DNA of 64,000 bases from Myxococcota bacterium. GTDB taxonomy: Bacteria; Myxococcota_A; UBA796; UBA2385. The DNA lies in assembly GCA_044344255.1 (NCBI GenBank), contig JBIJDH010000001.1:192001-256000 (forward strand), written 5' to 3'. This document shows, piece by piece, positions 19,649-29,069 of the stretch (position 1 is the stretch's first letter; each line of letters starts with the position of its first letter). Both the position numbers and the translations under genes were made by a program. Under the pieces are notes generated by a model, which searched no databases, was not told where the DNA came from, and was given only the letters and a program-made list of their open reading frames with translations.

Positions 19649-20863
19649 ATGAGCGAGCATTTGACCCAGGAGGAGGAGCGCCGGACCACGTTCCTCGAGC
19701 TGTTCTTCGACCTCGTCCTCGTCTTCGCCGTCACCCAGCTGGCGGCGATGCTGCACGACGTGCCCCACCACGCGCCAGGGCACGAGATGGTTGGGGTGGC
19801 GGAGGTCGCGCTGCTCGCAGCGCTGACCTGGTGGCTCTGGTCCCAGTTCGCCTGGCTCGGCACCAGCGTCCGCCTGGCCGCCGCCGTGCCCCGCGCGCTC
19901 ACGCTGGTGCTGACCGGGATCGTGCTGATCGCCGCTGTGGGTCTGCCCGTGGCCTTCCAGCCGGGTGTCGCCGTGTTCGGCGTGGCGTACGGGCTCGTCA
20001 AGCTCGGCGCGCTCGTCCTCTACCGCATCGACACCGCAGACGACCGCGCCCACGCTGCCGCGGTGGACGCCTACCTCGGTCGGGCCGCGATCGCGCCCCT
20101 GCTCGTCATGGGGGCCTCCTTCGTGTCGCCGGGGCTGCGGCTCGTGCTGTGGTCCGTCGCGCTCGCCATCGAGGTGGGGGGCACCCTCCAGGTCGGCCGG
20201 CAGGCTTTCCGCGTGAGCCCCCTGCACTTCGCCGAGCGCCACGCCCTCGTGCTCATCGTCGTGCTCGGCGAGGCGGTGGTCGCGCTTGGCGGAAAGGCGG
20301 TCGCCTCCACGCTGTCCGTGGCGGCCATCGGGGGGCTCCTCGGTGGCTTCGCGCTCGTGGCGGCGCTCTGGTGGAGCTACTTCGCCTGGAGCGCAGAGGC
20401 CGGCGAAGCTTGGCTCCGCGGGCACGGGCGGTCCTTCGCGCAGGGCGATGTGGGCGCCGCGGCGCGGATGGCACGAGACGCCTTCACCTTCGGCCACTTC
20501 CCGCTGGTAGCCGGCATGATCGCGGTGGCCGTGGCGCTCAAGGACCTCGCGGCGGAGCCCCTCTCCCCCTGGTCGGGCGCGGCCCGCGTGTCGATCGCGG
20601 TCGGCCTATCCCTTTACCTCGGGGGGCACGCGGCGGTGGTCTGGCGCGGCGCCGGGCAACGATTGGTCGAGCGCCTGCTCATCATCCCAGTCGTGGTCGC
20701 GACGGCGGCCTTCGCGCCGCTTCCGGCGGGGCTGACCTCAGCGCTGCTCGCGGCGCAGCTCCTCGTCGCGCTCTCGTTCGAGTCCCGGCGCTGGCGCCAA
20801 GCGCGAGCGTCGGCGATTGCCCAGGAGCCAGCGGGTGACCGTTCGACCGGGGCGAGCGACTGA
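19649..20863 (+). CDS. Low temperature requirement protein A (LtrA) family
   Basis: TFLELFFDLVLVFAVTQ; HFAERHAL.LIVVLGE. Confidence 0.9.
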   Translation: MSEHLTQEEERRTTFLELFFDLVLVFAVTQLAAMLHDVPHHAPGHEMVGVAEVALLAALTWWLWSQFAWLGTSVRLAAAVPRALTLVLTGIVLIAAVGLPVAFQPGVAVFGVAYGLVKLGALVLYRIDTADDRAHAAAVDAYLGRAAIAPLLVMGASFVSPGLRLVLWSVALAIEVGGTLQVGRQAFRVSPLHFAERHALVLIVVLGEAVVALGGKAVASTLSVAAIGGLLGGFALVAALWWSYFAWSAEAGEAWLRGHGRSFAQGDVGAAARMARDAFTFGHFPLVAGMIAVAVALKDLAAEPLSPWSGAARVSIAVGLSLYLGGHAAVVWRGAGQRLVERLLIIPVVVATAAFAPLPAGLTSALLAAQLLVALSFESRRWRQARASAIAQEPAGDRSTGASD

Positions 20864-21113
20864 CCTGGATCGCGGAGGGGTCACGAGCCTCGACCCACCG
20901 GACCTCGAGAGGAGCTCGGCGCTCGGCGTTGGGACGAGCCCTGGCCACCGGGCCATCCGGCCGCCGCGACGACGTGGCGGAGGCACCCGCGGGTGCAGCC
21001 CCCCCGCGCGAGCGTCAGCCCACGCGACGGCGGGAGCCCTTCGCCGGATTCGAACCACGATGCAAGGGTCTTACCGGGCTCGGGGTGGTCGAATCACGCG
21101 GAGCGCCACCCCC

Positions 21114-21263
21114 TCGAACCCCCAAAAGTCAGGAAGGCCCGCCGAATCTCACGATTCTGACGGGCCTTCAGGAGGTTGGTCGGGGTCACAGAATGCATAT
21201 CGAACTTTCTGGCTCGACCCCAGGGGGTGGTGCAGCGAGCGCATGCTTGCTTTCGAGGCTGCG
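21114..21263. repeat. att-like junction A: arm X + core TGGTCGGGGT (21177-21186) + arm Y
   Basis: 21114-21186 matches 27185-27257 at 70/73 nt; 21177-21217 is identical to 22284-22324 over 41 nt. Confidence 0.9.
21134..21168 (-). terminator. Hairpin in arm X, terminator-like on the minus strand
   Basis: AAGGCCCG..GAATC / GATTC..CGGGCCTT, followed on the minus strand by a short T run. Confidence 0.55.
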
Positions 21264-21479
21264 ATCCGGCTGGATGTGGGACCTGGGAGGTGACGGGGTC
21301 CTGGGGTCCTGGGCGGCCGACCCCGCCGTGGCCGACGGGTGAGGGGCACTTGGTGGTGGCGCCCCACTGCTCGGCACCGACTCAGACCTCGGTGGGGCCC
21401 GGGAAGGTGCAAGCAGTCCCTAACTTCCGCCGAGCCCGAGCCATCGCCGCCGCGACGACGTGCCCGGGACGACGGCGCG

Positions 21480-21519
21480 TTGTCTTGGCGCCGCAGGTCG
21501 GGTATGATGAAGTCATACC
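21480..21519 (+). promoter_or_regulatory. TA promoter with operator palindrome
   Basis: TTGTCT-N17-TATGAT; inverted repeat GGTATGA-N5-TCATACC over the -10. Confidence 0.65.
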
Positions 21520-21532
21520 GCAGGAGAATGCG

Positions 21533-21814
21533 ATGGCCCACGCTGAGAAGCGCACCTTCAGCCTCCCCGCCGAGCATGCGACCTTCATCGACGAACAGGT
21601 CGCGTCGGGCAGCTATGCGTCCGCGAGCGAGGTGGTCCGCGCCGGGTTGCGCGCACTGCAGGAGCGCGACGCGGCCGTTGAACGATGGCTTCGCGAAGAG
21701 GTCGCCCCGGTCTATGACGCCATGAAGGCTGATCCTGGGCGCGCTCGGAGCATGGAGGAGGTCTTCGGTGCGATCCGTGCCCGACACGCCAAGACGCTTG
21801 CAGATAGCTCGTGA
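21533..21814 (+). CDS. parD: Type II antitoxin, ParD family (ribbon-helix-helix)
   Basis: SGSYASASEVVRAGLRAL motif; AGGAG RBS; GTGA overlap with the toxin. Confidence 0.88.
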   Translation: MAHAEKRTFSLPAEHATFIDEQVASGSYASASEVVRAGLRALQERDAAVERWLREEVAPVYDAMKADPGRARSMEEVFGAIRARHAKTLADSS

Positions 21815-22110
21815 AGGAGCGTAGCGTCGTCCTCGCGCCTGAAGCGGTAGAAGACCTCAACGAGCTCTACGACTGGGTCGCTGCCCAAGCCTCGCCTGAT
21901 GTAGCGATGGGCTACCTCAAACGGGTCGAAGCCTTTTGTCAGCGGTTGAGCCTCGGATCCGAGCGGGGACACCTGCGCGGCGACATTCGACCCGGCCTCC
22001 GGATCACGGGGTTCGAGCGCCGCTTGACCATCGCGTTCACCGTAGAAGAGGAGACCGTGACGGTGCTTCGCGTGTTCACCGCCGGGCGGAACTGGGAGAC
22101 GTCGTTCTGA
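21811..22110 (+). CDS. parE: Type II toxin, RelE/ParE family
   Basis: A.EDLNELYDW, RGDIRPGLR and V.VLRVF motifs; 99 aa. Confidence 0.88.
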   Translation: MKERSVVLAPEAVEDLNELYDWVAAQASPDVAMGYLKRVEAFCQRLSLGSERGHLRGDIRPGLRITGFERRLTIAFTVEEETVTVLRVFTAGRNWETSF

Positions 22111-22243
22111 CGCCGCGCGCCGACCTCGGGTCCGGCGACCGCAAAGACCCGGCCCGATGGAGGTCGACCCGATCGGGATTCGAATCACGAAAGCTTACGT
22201 TTAGCCTGCATAATATGGCGATAGGCACGCCGTAAATGCAGAA

Positions 22244-22370
22244 CGACCCGGCGAGAACCAAGGTTCAAGTCGGGTCGCTAATATGGTCGGGGTCACAGAA
22301 TGCATATCGAACTTTCTGGCTCGATTCCCAGGGGTGGGGAAGCGAGCGGGTGTTGGCGTTCGTGGCTGCT
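22244..22370. repeat. att-like junction B: hairpin arm Z + core (22284-22293) + arm Y
   Basis: 41 nt identical to junction A, then codon-level similarity to 22370; hairpin CGACCCG/CGGGTCG at 22244-22277. Confidence 0.88.
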
Positions 22371-22553
22371 TCGACCTCTCCCGAGCCCTCCCTATCCCTG
22401 GGGCACCTGCACCGGGCGCCTTAGCGTATCGAAAGCGGGCGCCCGTGGGCTGGTCCTCGACCTCACCCGGGCAGTTGGCCGAGTGGCGAGCCGCACGCAC
22501 CTCGCATCGTCGCATGGGTTGGCGTGCCTCAGGTCGTGCCGCTATGCTCCGTC

Positions 22554-24605
22554 ATGCTCCCCGCCCTCCTCCCCGTCCTCCTCCTCGCCTGCTCCACCCC
22601 GTTCCCGTGCGCGCAGGACGAGCTACTCGACGCCGACGGCAGCTGCGTCCCCGGCTCGAAGAACACCGGCGCCGAAGATGACACCGGCCTCGACACGAGC
22701 GACGACACCGGAGAGCCCCCGGACACCGACGACACCGCCCCCCAAGATGCCGACGGGGACGGCAGCACCGCCGACGAGGACTGCGATGACGGAGATCCGC
22801 AGACGTTCCCCGGCGCGGTCGAGGCCCGCGACGGACGTGACCAGGACTGCGATGGGTATGTCGACGAGGACGTGCCGGACCTGCTCTTCGACCTCGCCGA
22901 CCCGCGCCATGCGGTATGGGGTCTCGGGGCGAACATCTGGCCCGACGCCGATGCGTGGGTGGCCCCGTTGGACACGCTCCATGGGCGCCTCGTGCGCGCC
23001 AACCTGGGCCCGGTCTGGGACACCACCGGCGTGGATGTGCCGCTCGGCGGCGGCGCGTCGGACTACGACGCCTACGTGGCCTCGGCGATGGCGACGACCG
23101 GCTTCGGGAGCCTCGAGGACGCGCTCACCACGTCGGCCGAGATTGACCGCCTCGGCCTGGACCTCGTGCTCGTGAACTTCGAAGCCCCGTCCGAGATGGA
23201 GGCGTCGGGCGTCCTCCAGTCGGCGTACGTCGAGGACTACGCGCACCTCGTCGCGGCGCTGGTGGGCCACCTCGCCGACAACGGGATCGACGTCCCCTGG
23301 CTGGAGGTGACGAACGAGCCGGACGGCTCGTGGAACACCTATGTGTACCCGTCCGACTACTCGGCGCTGATCGTCGCCGTCCGCGCCGACCTCGACGCCC
23401 GAGGACTCGTCGACACGCGCATCGCGGGGCCGGGGCTCTCCACCCTCGCGCAGGGCGGCGCCTCCACGCGGTTCCTCGACGCGCTCACGCCCGACGCCGT
23501 CGCCGCGCTCGGCGCCTGGTCGGCCCACGGCTACGACGACACCTACGCGAACGGGGACGGCGTGACCGTGTTTCGCGACGCTGTCGCGGACTTCTCCGCG
23601 AGGACGCGCGAGGTCGATCCCGACCTGCCGTTTCTGCTCACCGAGTTGGCCTCGATGGACCCGAGCTACCATGGCGTCGCGACCGAGAGCCCTCTCACGT
23701 GTGGCGACTGGTCCTCCACCGAGGGATACGGCGTGCGGATGTTGACGTACACGCTCCTGGCGCTCGGGGAGGGGGCGTCGGCGGTCCTCCCCTGGCAGGC
23801 AGCCGACCCGGATTGGGGGGGGTGCTGGGGCAGCTTCGGCATGGTGGATGTCGAAGGGACGGCGCGCCCCTTCCTGGCCACCCTCGCGGCGTTGGCACAG
23901 GCGTTACCGGACGATGCCCGGCTTGTGGGCCCGGACGAGCGCGACCCGGCGATGGCTGTCGCCGGGTTCGTGGCCGAGGACCGCTTCGTCCTCGCGCTTG
24001 CCAACCCCACATCGGAGCCGCGCACCCGGACCATCGGATGGACCGGCGCCGACACCCTGGCGCTGACGAGCAGCGTCGGCGTTGGCGGCGCGTCGTACTC
24101 GGAGGAGTACGGGTTCGAGGACGTAAAGACCCTCGCCTTCGGCCCGGGCATCTGGCAGGACACCTCGAGCGCGGAGTACTTCGCGGACGACGACGCCCGG
24201 CTCGGCGGCGCCGGCGGGGCGTGGATCATCCTCGGGGACGGCACGCCCATCACCGACTTCACGCTCGACGCGTGGCGCTGGAGCGGGATCGAGTCCGGGT
24301 CGTTCGCCGTGGAGGCCAGCGAGGACGGCGTCACCTGGACCCCCGTGGCGGTCGACGAGGCCGTCGAGTCAGGTCCGTGGGATCGCGTGACGTTCACCCC
24401 GCCAGCGATGCTGGCGGGGTGCGGCTGGATCCGAGTGACATGGCCCACCCTCGATCCCGAGTGGGCGCTCGAGTTGGGCGGCGCCGCGCTCGACCTCCAA
24501 CCCGGCCCCCTCGAGGTTCCCGACCCCGGGCCCATCGGAGCCCCGCGTACGATCTCCGTGGAGGTCCCCGCCGAGAGCGGACTCGTCCTCGTGCTGTCCC
24601 GATGA
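22554..24605 (+). CDS. Lipoprotein: MopE-like Asp/Cys repeat + clan GH-A TIM barrel (GH30/39-like) + discoidin/CBM-like domain
   Basis: LLLAC lipobox; DADGDG..DCDD..PGAVE..DGRDQDCDG; NEPD acid/base; LLTE nucleophile; EASEDGVTW. Confidence 0.7.
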   Translation: MLPALLPVLLLACSTPFPCAQDELLDADGSCVPGSKNTGAEDDTGLDTSDDTGEPPDTDDTAPQDADGDGSTADEDCDDGDPQTFPGAVEARDGRDQDCDGYVDEDVPDLLFDLADPRHAVWGLGANIWPDADAWVAPLDTLHGRLVRANLGPVWDTTGVDVPLGGGASDYDAYVASAMATTGFGSLEDALTTSAEIDRLGLDLVLVNFEAPSEMEASGVLQSAYVEDYAHLVAALVGHLADNGIDVPWLEVTNEPDGSWNTYVYPSDYSALIVAVRADLDARGLVDTRIAGPGLSTLAQGGASTRFLDALTPDAVAALGAWSAHGYDDTYANGDGVTVFRDAVADFSARTREVDPDLPFLLTELASMDPSYHGVATESPLTCGDWSSTEGYGVRMLTYTLLALGEGASAVLPWQAADPDWGGCWGSFGMVDVEGTARPFLATLAALAQALPDDARLVGPDERDPAMAVAGFVAEDRFVLALANPTSEPRTRTIGWTGADTLALTSSVGVGGASYSEEYGFEDVKTLAFGPGIWQDTSSAEYFADDDARLGGAGGAWIILGDGTPITDFTLDAWRWSGIESGSFAVEASEDGVTWTPVAVDEAVESGPWDRVTFTPPAMLAGCGWIRVTWPTLDPEWALELGGAALDLQPGPLEVPDPGPIGAPRTISVEVPAESGLVLVLSR

Positions 24606-24694
24606 GGCGCACCCGGGGCTGGCGCGCGGTCGGCCTGCCGATGAACGGCCTCGTCGTCGCCTGTCACTCCCCGTCCGCCCGCTCGCCCGCCGCG

Positions 24695-26908
24695 ATGCGC
24701 ACGCGAGGCCCCGGACCGCTCCCGTTCCGCTGGGTCGCGCGGTTAGTGTCGCTTCTGCTGTTGGCGAGCTGTGGGAAGCCCTCCACTGGCGGAGATGTGC
24801 CGCGGGACTCGGGGCCCCACGTGGACACCGCCGAGGACCACGACACGAGCCCCGCCGACGACACCGGCGGCGACGACACCGGTGGCGACGACACCGGTGG
24901 CGACGACGGGTTCGTCGACGGCACTGACATCAGCGCCCTGTTGCAGGAGCGGATCGACGTGCTCGGCGCCGCCGGGGGGGGAAGGATTGCGCTGCCGGCC
25001 GGCACCTTCCTGGTTTCGTCTCCCATCACCCTCAAGAGCCGGGTGTGGATCGAGGGCGAAGGCGAGGCGACGGTGCTCCAGACGGTTGCAGGGAGCCTGG
25101 AGGGGCTGGACGCCGCCCTGTTCCACTCGCGTGGCGTCATGCTCGAGGGGGCGTCCGTCCGACGGCTCCACGTCGAAGGGGGTGCCACGCCTGGACTGAC
25201 CGCGCTCTACCTGGAGGACGCCCGCTTCAACCTCTTCGACGACATCTCGGTGAGCGGCCTGTCGGACGGGACGTTGTACGTCGGCTACCCGCTCGGTGGC
25301 AGCAACGACTCTCTGGGCTCGAACATCAACAACTACGCCAACATCTTCTCCGACATGAGCATGGACGAGGGGCGGTACGGGCTGATTCTCCACGGGCTTC
25401 AGGATCCGGCGAGCGCAGACCCTTTGCCCAGCAGCGTGATCACCCTCAACAGCTATCGAGCCATCACCCTGAGCTCGATCTCCGGGATCGGAGTTCAGTC
25501 CGTGTCGTGGAGTGACAGCGAGAACTTCGACACGCTCCGGATCTCCGTGCGCGAGCCGGACGCCGTCGGACTCGACCTGCGTGATGCTGGCATCCTGCCT
25601 GGGCAATACGTAGGGGCCGCGAATTACCAGTTCGCCTGGACCACAATCGACGCGGCATCGCCGATGGATGTCATCGGCGTTCGCTTCGCTCCGCTCACCG
25701 GCGGTTTCTCGTTCCTTGGTCTGTCGCTGGGAGAGGGCGTCCAGTTCGATGATTCGGGGACACAGAGCTACTTCGCCGCCGGGACGTTCGCGGTGCCGAC
25801 GGCCGCGGGGACCTGTGACGGGTTGGAGGCGAGAGCGGCGCCGGCGGACGAGTTGCGGATCGGGCCACCTGCCGAGGGCGGCGCTAGCGAGCTCATCCAG
25901 GAGAGCATCGACGCGCTCGCCAGCGGAGGGGGCGGTGTGCTGCGGCTGACCGCCGGGGACTACCTCGTCGATCGTCCGATCGAGCTGGCGAGCGACGTGT
26001 GGATCGAGGGGGACGGGTTTGCGACGGTGCTCGTCCCTTCCAGCGCCGTGGAAGCGGTGTTCGAGAACTCGGGGAGCCTCTCCCGCGCTAGTATCTCCGA
26101 CCTCGCCGTGGACGGCTCGACGGAGCCGACCACCTGGGCCTTCAGCCTGTCGAACCCCCAAGAGGTCCTCGTCGCCAACATTTTCGGCACGCGTCTGATC
26201 TCCGGTGGCGCTGTGCGGGTCCGGACCACCGAAGCGGCCGTCGGCAACTGCTTCCAGAACCTCCTCTTCGACGAGGTTCGCGGGGGGATCGTGGTGAACG
26301 ACAACGCCGACGCACCGGCGGAAGCGACGTTCAGCGCCAGCGAGTTCCGCAGCATCAAGCTTCTTCATGTGGAGGAGTTGGGCATTGGGGTGCTACGCCG
26401 CGTGGCCGACAGTCTGTTCTCCGATCTGGTCATCTGGAATGGCCAGGGGGCCGCGACCGCCATCCTGGTTGGGAGCCCCTACCAGGTGGTGGGCGATCCA
26501 GACCTCCCGGGGCGCTCCGTGACCGGCCTGACCTTCTACAACGTCACCGAGACGATGGAGGGGGGCGGGGCGGCGCACATCTACGGCAACACTGCTTCGG
26601 CGGCGAATTCCGAGGAATCGATCGGAGTTCGTTTCTCCGACACGAGCGGCCATGCGCTCCTCGGGGTGTTCTATACATCCTGGTACTGGAAGAACCCGGT
26701 CATCGCGACGGGCTCCGACAATCTCACGATCGCCACGAATGTGAGCGAGGCACTCCGAGGCTCGTCCGACTGGTGGACGGCGTACGAATTCCCCATGTCT
26801 GGGTTGTACGAGTACGGGTGCACCACGCTGTGTACCGAACCGTTGGGCGACGTGACCTCCAAGGGGGTCGTCAACCTCGGCGAAGCGGGGGTGGCGTACA
26901 TGCCTTGA
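24695..26908 (+). CDS. Lipoprotein with two pectate-lyase-3/GH55-like beta-helix modules
   Basis: LLASC lipobox; GGDDT repeats; two copies of Q..ID....GGG...L.AG.(F/Y)LV..PI.L.S.VWIEG.G.ATVL. Confidence 0.7.
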   Translation: MRTRGPGPLPFRWVARLVSLLLLASCGKPSTGGDVPRDSGPHVDTAEDHDTSPADDTGGDDTGGDDTGGDDGFVDGTDISALLQERIDVLGAAGGGRIALPAGTFLVSSPITLKSRVWIEGEGEATVLQTVAGSLEGLDAALFHSRGVMLEGASVRRLHVEGGATPGLTALYLEDARFNLFDDISVSGLSDGTLYVGYPLGGSNDSLGSNINNYANIFSDMSMDEGRYGLILHGLQDPASADPLPSSVITLNSYRAITLSSISGIGVQSVSWSDSENFDTLRISVREPDAVGLDLRDAGILPGQYVGAANYQFAWTTIDAASPMDVIGVRFAPLTGGFSFLGLSLGEGVQFDDSGTQSYFAAGTFAVPTAAGTCDGLEARAAPADELRIGPPAEGGASELIQESIDALASGGGGVLRLTAGDYLVDRPIELASDVWIEGDGFATVLVPSSAVEAVFENSGSLSRASISDLAVDGSTEPTTWAFSLSNPQEVLVANIFGTRLISGGAVRVRTTEAAVGNCFQNLLFDEVRGGIVVNDNADAPAEATFSASEFRSIKLLHVEELGIGVLRRVADSLFSDLVIWNGQGAATAILVGSPYQVVGDPDLPGRSVTGLTFYNVTETMEGGGAAHIYGNTASAANSEESIGVRFSDTSGHALLGVFYTSWYWKNPVIATGSDNLTIATNVSEALRGSSDWWTAYEFPMSGLYEYGCTTLCTEPLGDVTSKGVVNLGEAGVAYMP
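24857..24907 (+). repeat. 15-bp coding tandem repeat (DDTGG)n
   Basis: GACGACACCGG(C/T)GGC x3. Confidence 0.7.
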
Positions 26909-27184
26909 GGGTCGTGGACCGCAATCGACCCGCCCTCTCGGCCGGCCGGGCAGAGACCACGTGTTGGACATCGGGCGGTTGCCGACGCCGCGGTTCTCTC
27001 CCCAGCCGTTGTCGGAGCCGACAGAACCAGCATTCGGCGACCTCCTCGACGACTTGACTGCGGCCAAGCCCAAGCTCGGAGACCGCCGCAACGGGGGCGG
27101 CGCTCGGCGGTGGTGTCGCCACGACCCTGAAGCGATTCGAACCACCTCACTCACATCGGCCGCGCGGGGAGCGATCCTGCTCCA

Positions 27185-27325
<141 letters not shown>

Positions 27326-27334
27326 AACGCCGCC

Positions 27335-27363
27335 CTGATATGCCATCCCCTCCCCCCTGTCAA
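27335..27363 (-). promoter_or_regulatory. Sigma70-type promoter of tRNA-Pro
   Basis: TTGACA-N17-TATCAG immediately upstream of the tRNA. Confidence 0.55.
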
Positions 27364-27404
27364 GGTCCCTGTGGGAAGGGCCCCCCGGCCGAGGCGCCGA
27401 CCGC

Positions 27405-28055
27405 TCAGGGCCGGGCGGCGGTCTGGATGGCGGCGATGGCGGCGCGGCGATCGGCGGCCCCAAAGACGCCGGAGCCCGAGACGAGCACGTGCGCGCCGGC
27501 CTCCACGAAGCGCCAGGCGTTGTCGGCCTTCACGCCGCCGTCGACCTCGATGAGGGTGGGCAGGCCGAGCGCGTCGATGCGGGCGCGGAGGCGCTCGATC
27601 TTCGGGAAGACCCGGTCGATGAGCTTCTGGCCGCCAAAGCCCGGGTTCACGCTCATCACGAGCACGAGATCGAGCCGCTCGAGCACGTAGTCGAGCGCGC
27701 TCTCGGGGGTGTGGGGGTTGAGGGCCACGCCGGCCTTGGCGCCGGTCTCGTGGATCGCCTGGACGGAGCGATCGAGGTGGGCGCAGGCCTCCGCGTGCAC
27801 CGTGATCCAGTCGGCGCCCGCCCGCCGGAAGTCGGCGAGGTAGCGGTCCGGCTCGACGATCATCAGGTGGACATCGAGGGGCAGCGCGGTGGAGCGGCGG
27901 GCCGCCTCACAGATGAGCGGGCCGATGGTGATGTTCGGGACGAAGCGGCCGTCCATCACATCGACGTGGAGCCAGTCTGCGCTGGAGACGCTCTCGATGT
28001 CGGCCCCCAGGCGGGCGAAGTCGGCGGAGAGGATCGAGGGGGCGACGAGCGCCAT
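27405..28055 (-). CDS. rpe: Ribulose-phosphate 3-epimerase
   Basis: APSILSADF, HVDVMDGRFVPN and MSVNPGFGGQ motifs. Confidence 0.97.
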   Translation of the reverse strand: MALVAPSILSADFARLGADIESVSSADWLHVDVMDGRFVPNITIGPLICEAARRSTALPLDVHLMIVEPDRYLADFRRAGADWITVHAEACAHLDRSVQAIHETGAKAGVALNPHTPESALDYVLERLDLVLVMSVNPGFGGQKLIDRVFPKIERLRARIDALGLPTLIEVDGGVKADNAWRFVEAGAHVLVSGSGVFGAADRRAAIAAIQTAARP

Positions 28056-28085
28056 GGGGCACCTCCGGAGCGCCCCGCTAACCGA

Positions 28086-29069
28086 TCATCCGAGCCGCTC
28101 CCCCACCTGGAGGCGCGCGCCCTGCACGAGGGCAGCGGCGGCCGGCTGCACCTTCCGCCCCGGGAGCTGGACCTCGACGAGCTCGAGGGCGCGCTCGCCG
28201 GCCGCGACCACGACGCGCTTGCCGGCCTCGAGCACGACGCCCGGGCCCGCCTGAACGGCGGGGGCGAGGTCGGGGAAGTAGTCCACGAGGCGGCTGCGCT
28301 GGACCTTGAGCACCTCTCCCCGAAGGGACGTGAAGGCGCCCGGCCAGGGGTTCGTGCCGCGGACGCGGTCGTGGATGCGGGCGGCGGGGGCCGTCCAGTC
28401 GATGCGCCCGTGCTCCTTCTCGAGGATGGGCGCGAGCGTCGCGGCCGCGTGGTCTTGTGGGCGGGGCTGCAGCGTGGCGAGCTCGGCGAGGGTCTCGATC
28501 AGGAGCTGCGCGCCGATCGGGGCGAGGCGCAGGGCGAGCTCGCCGGCGGTCTCGTCGGGGTGGATGGGGACGCGCGCCTCGCGGAGCACGTCGCCGGTGT
28601 CCAGGCCCTCTGCCATCACCATCGTCGCCACGCCGGTCTCGCGCTCGCCGTGGATGACCGACCATTGGATCGGCGCCGCCCCGCGGTACTTCGGGAGCAG
28701 GCTCGCGTGCACGTTGATGCAGCCGAGGCGGGGCGCCCGCAGCAGCCGGGGGGTGAGGATGCGGCCATAGGCCACCACGACCGCCACGTCCGCGCCTGCG
28801 GCCTCCATCCAGTCGGGGAAGGGGCCCGAACGCACGGCCTTCGGCTGGCGGGTGGGGAGGCCGAGGGCCCGCGCCCGCTCGATGGTCGGCGGGGACTGGA
28901 GCTGGTTCCCCCGCCCCTTCGGCTTGTCGGGCTGGGCCACCACACAGAGCACCTCGTGGCCCGCGGCGACCAGGGCGTCGAGGGTGGGGACCGCGAAGTC
29001 GGGCGTCCCCATGAAGATCACCTTGTAGGTGACCTTGGAAGGAGCAGGGGCCGGGGGCGCGTCGCTCAT
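28086..29069 (-). CDS. fmt: Methionyl-tRNA formyltransferase
   Basis: FMGTPDFAV; INVHASLLPKYRGAAPIQW. Confidence 0.97.
   Translation of the reverse strand: MSDAPPAPAPSKVTYKVIFMGTPDFAVPTLDALVAAGHEVLCVVAQPDKPKGRGNQLQSPPTIERARALGLPTRQPKAVRSGPFPDWMEAAGADVAVVVAYGRILTPRLLRAPRLGCINVHASLLPKYRGAAPIQWSVIHGERETGVATMVMAEGLDTGDVLREARVPIHPDETAGELALRLAPIGAQLLIETLAELATLQPRPQDHAAATLAPILEKEHGRIDWTAPAARIHDRVRGTNPWPGAFTSLRGEVLKVQRSRLVDYFPDLAPAVQAGPGVVLEAGKRVVVAAGERALELVEVQLPGRKVQPAAAALVQGARLQVGERLG

Larger units (their letters stand above)
21177..22293. mobile_element. Integrase-less cassette of about 1.1 kb carrying ParD/ParE
   Basis: Bounded by core repeats at 21177 and 22284. Confidence 0.7.

Noticed and set aside
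21177..21263. Second tRNA gene at junction A or B
   Set aside because: Only the last 10 nt and a displaced T-loop-like hexamer match; no cloverleaf can be formed.
23330..24694. N-terminal 455 aa of the 1192-aa ORF
   Set aside because: Arg-rich off-frame overlap with the 22554-24605 gene; the signal peptide and lipobox start at about 24695.
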